Shown: in pieces, positions 63,465-64,000 of the stretch | How the letters are laid out: each line of letters begins with the position of its first letter | Position numbering within the stretch: position 1 is the stretch's first letter | Assembly: GCF_963921235.1 (NCBI RefSeq) | Contig: NC_086097.1 | Location: forward strand, 13,578,001 to 13,642,000 | Direction: 5' to 3' | DNA length: 64,000 bases | Origin: Mobula hypostoma | Lineage: Eukaryota | The notes under the pieces: model-generated | Databases searched by the model: none | What the model was told of the DNA's origin: nothing | What the model saw: only the letters and a program-made list of their open reading frames with translations | Program-made: the position numbers and the translations under genes

Positions 63465-64000
63465 GACAGAATCATTCTTACTCTAATGGCTAGAAGATCC
63501 ATTTTGCTGAATTGGAAAGAGATTAACCCTCCTACTGTATTAATTTGGAAAAAAATCAGAAGTGCGGTTTATGACCCTTCCATTAGATTTGAAAAAACTT
63601 GGAGGCCATTCATTCAGCATTTTTATTTGATGTAATTTGACCATTTCCAAACTTGTTTTATTTCTCTGTACTGTTGGTTGAGAGGAATGGAGTCGTCGAC
63701 ACTAAAGTTTTCTTCTTTCCCATTTTCAAGTTGTTAGTATTGCCCAAGTCTTTTAGTTTAGTTGACTAATTCTGTTTAGTTTAGTTTTTTTTTAGGATGG
63801 GTTTTTTTTTCTATTTTTTTTCTTTTTCATGATTTTTCTTCTTTTTTTTGCTTTGTATTATTCATTGTTATTCTACACGATTGGGAGTTTCGTCAATTTA
63901 TACTATCTGGTTTTACAATTACTCATTTTAAGTGTAACAATGTATCTCCTACTACTTGTATTTTTGCTTTGTTATGTTTTCATTCTATGAAATTAATAAA
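63465..64000 (+). mobile_element. L1-clade LINE 3' end (ORF2 C-terminus plus T-rich UTR)
   Basis: LMARRSILLNWKEINPP...FEKTWRPFIQHF; T-rich UTR ends in AATAAA. Confidence 0.75.

Noticed and set aside
1..64000. CRISPR arrays, rRNA, operons or prokaryotic defence systems
   Set aside because: No regularly spaced repeat-spacer arrays or gene-dense regions; the content is vertebrate transposon-derived

Overview
Repeat-dominated vertebrate genomic DNA. I infer a cartilaginous fish (shark/ray) from the HE1/V-SINE-like SINEs with CR1/HER1-type tails and the mix of CR1, Rex1/Babar, Penelope and Tc1 families. I could not recognise any host protein-coding exon; the window looks intergenic or intronic. 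Main elements: (1) an internally deleted Gmr1-like (SCAN-domain) Gypsy LTR retrotransposon with both LTRs, PBS, PPT and a 4-bp TSD (640-5612), nested in a Rex1/Babar LINE; (2) a young 5'-truncated CR1 with an uninterrupted RT frame (22648-24762), nested in an older CR1; (3) a 5'-truncated Penelope-like element (RT + GIY-YIG, 36519-38426) carrying an intact-looking minimal type I hammerhead ribozyme, plus many short hammerhead-derived relics, four of them inverted pairs; (4) several non-autonomous DNA transposons, including a composite unit bounded by two mini-MITEs; (5) bipartite RTE-derived non-autonomous retroposons with TSDs; (6) a CpG-enriched, mostly unique block at about 29.7-33 kb with promoter/enhancer-like motifs. 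Family names come from remembered motifs, not database searches. Boundaries of degenerate fragments are approximate.
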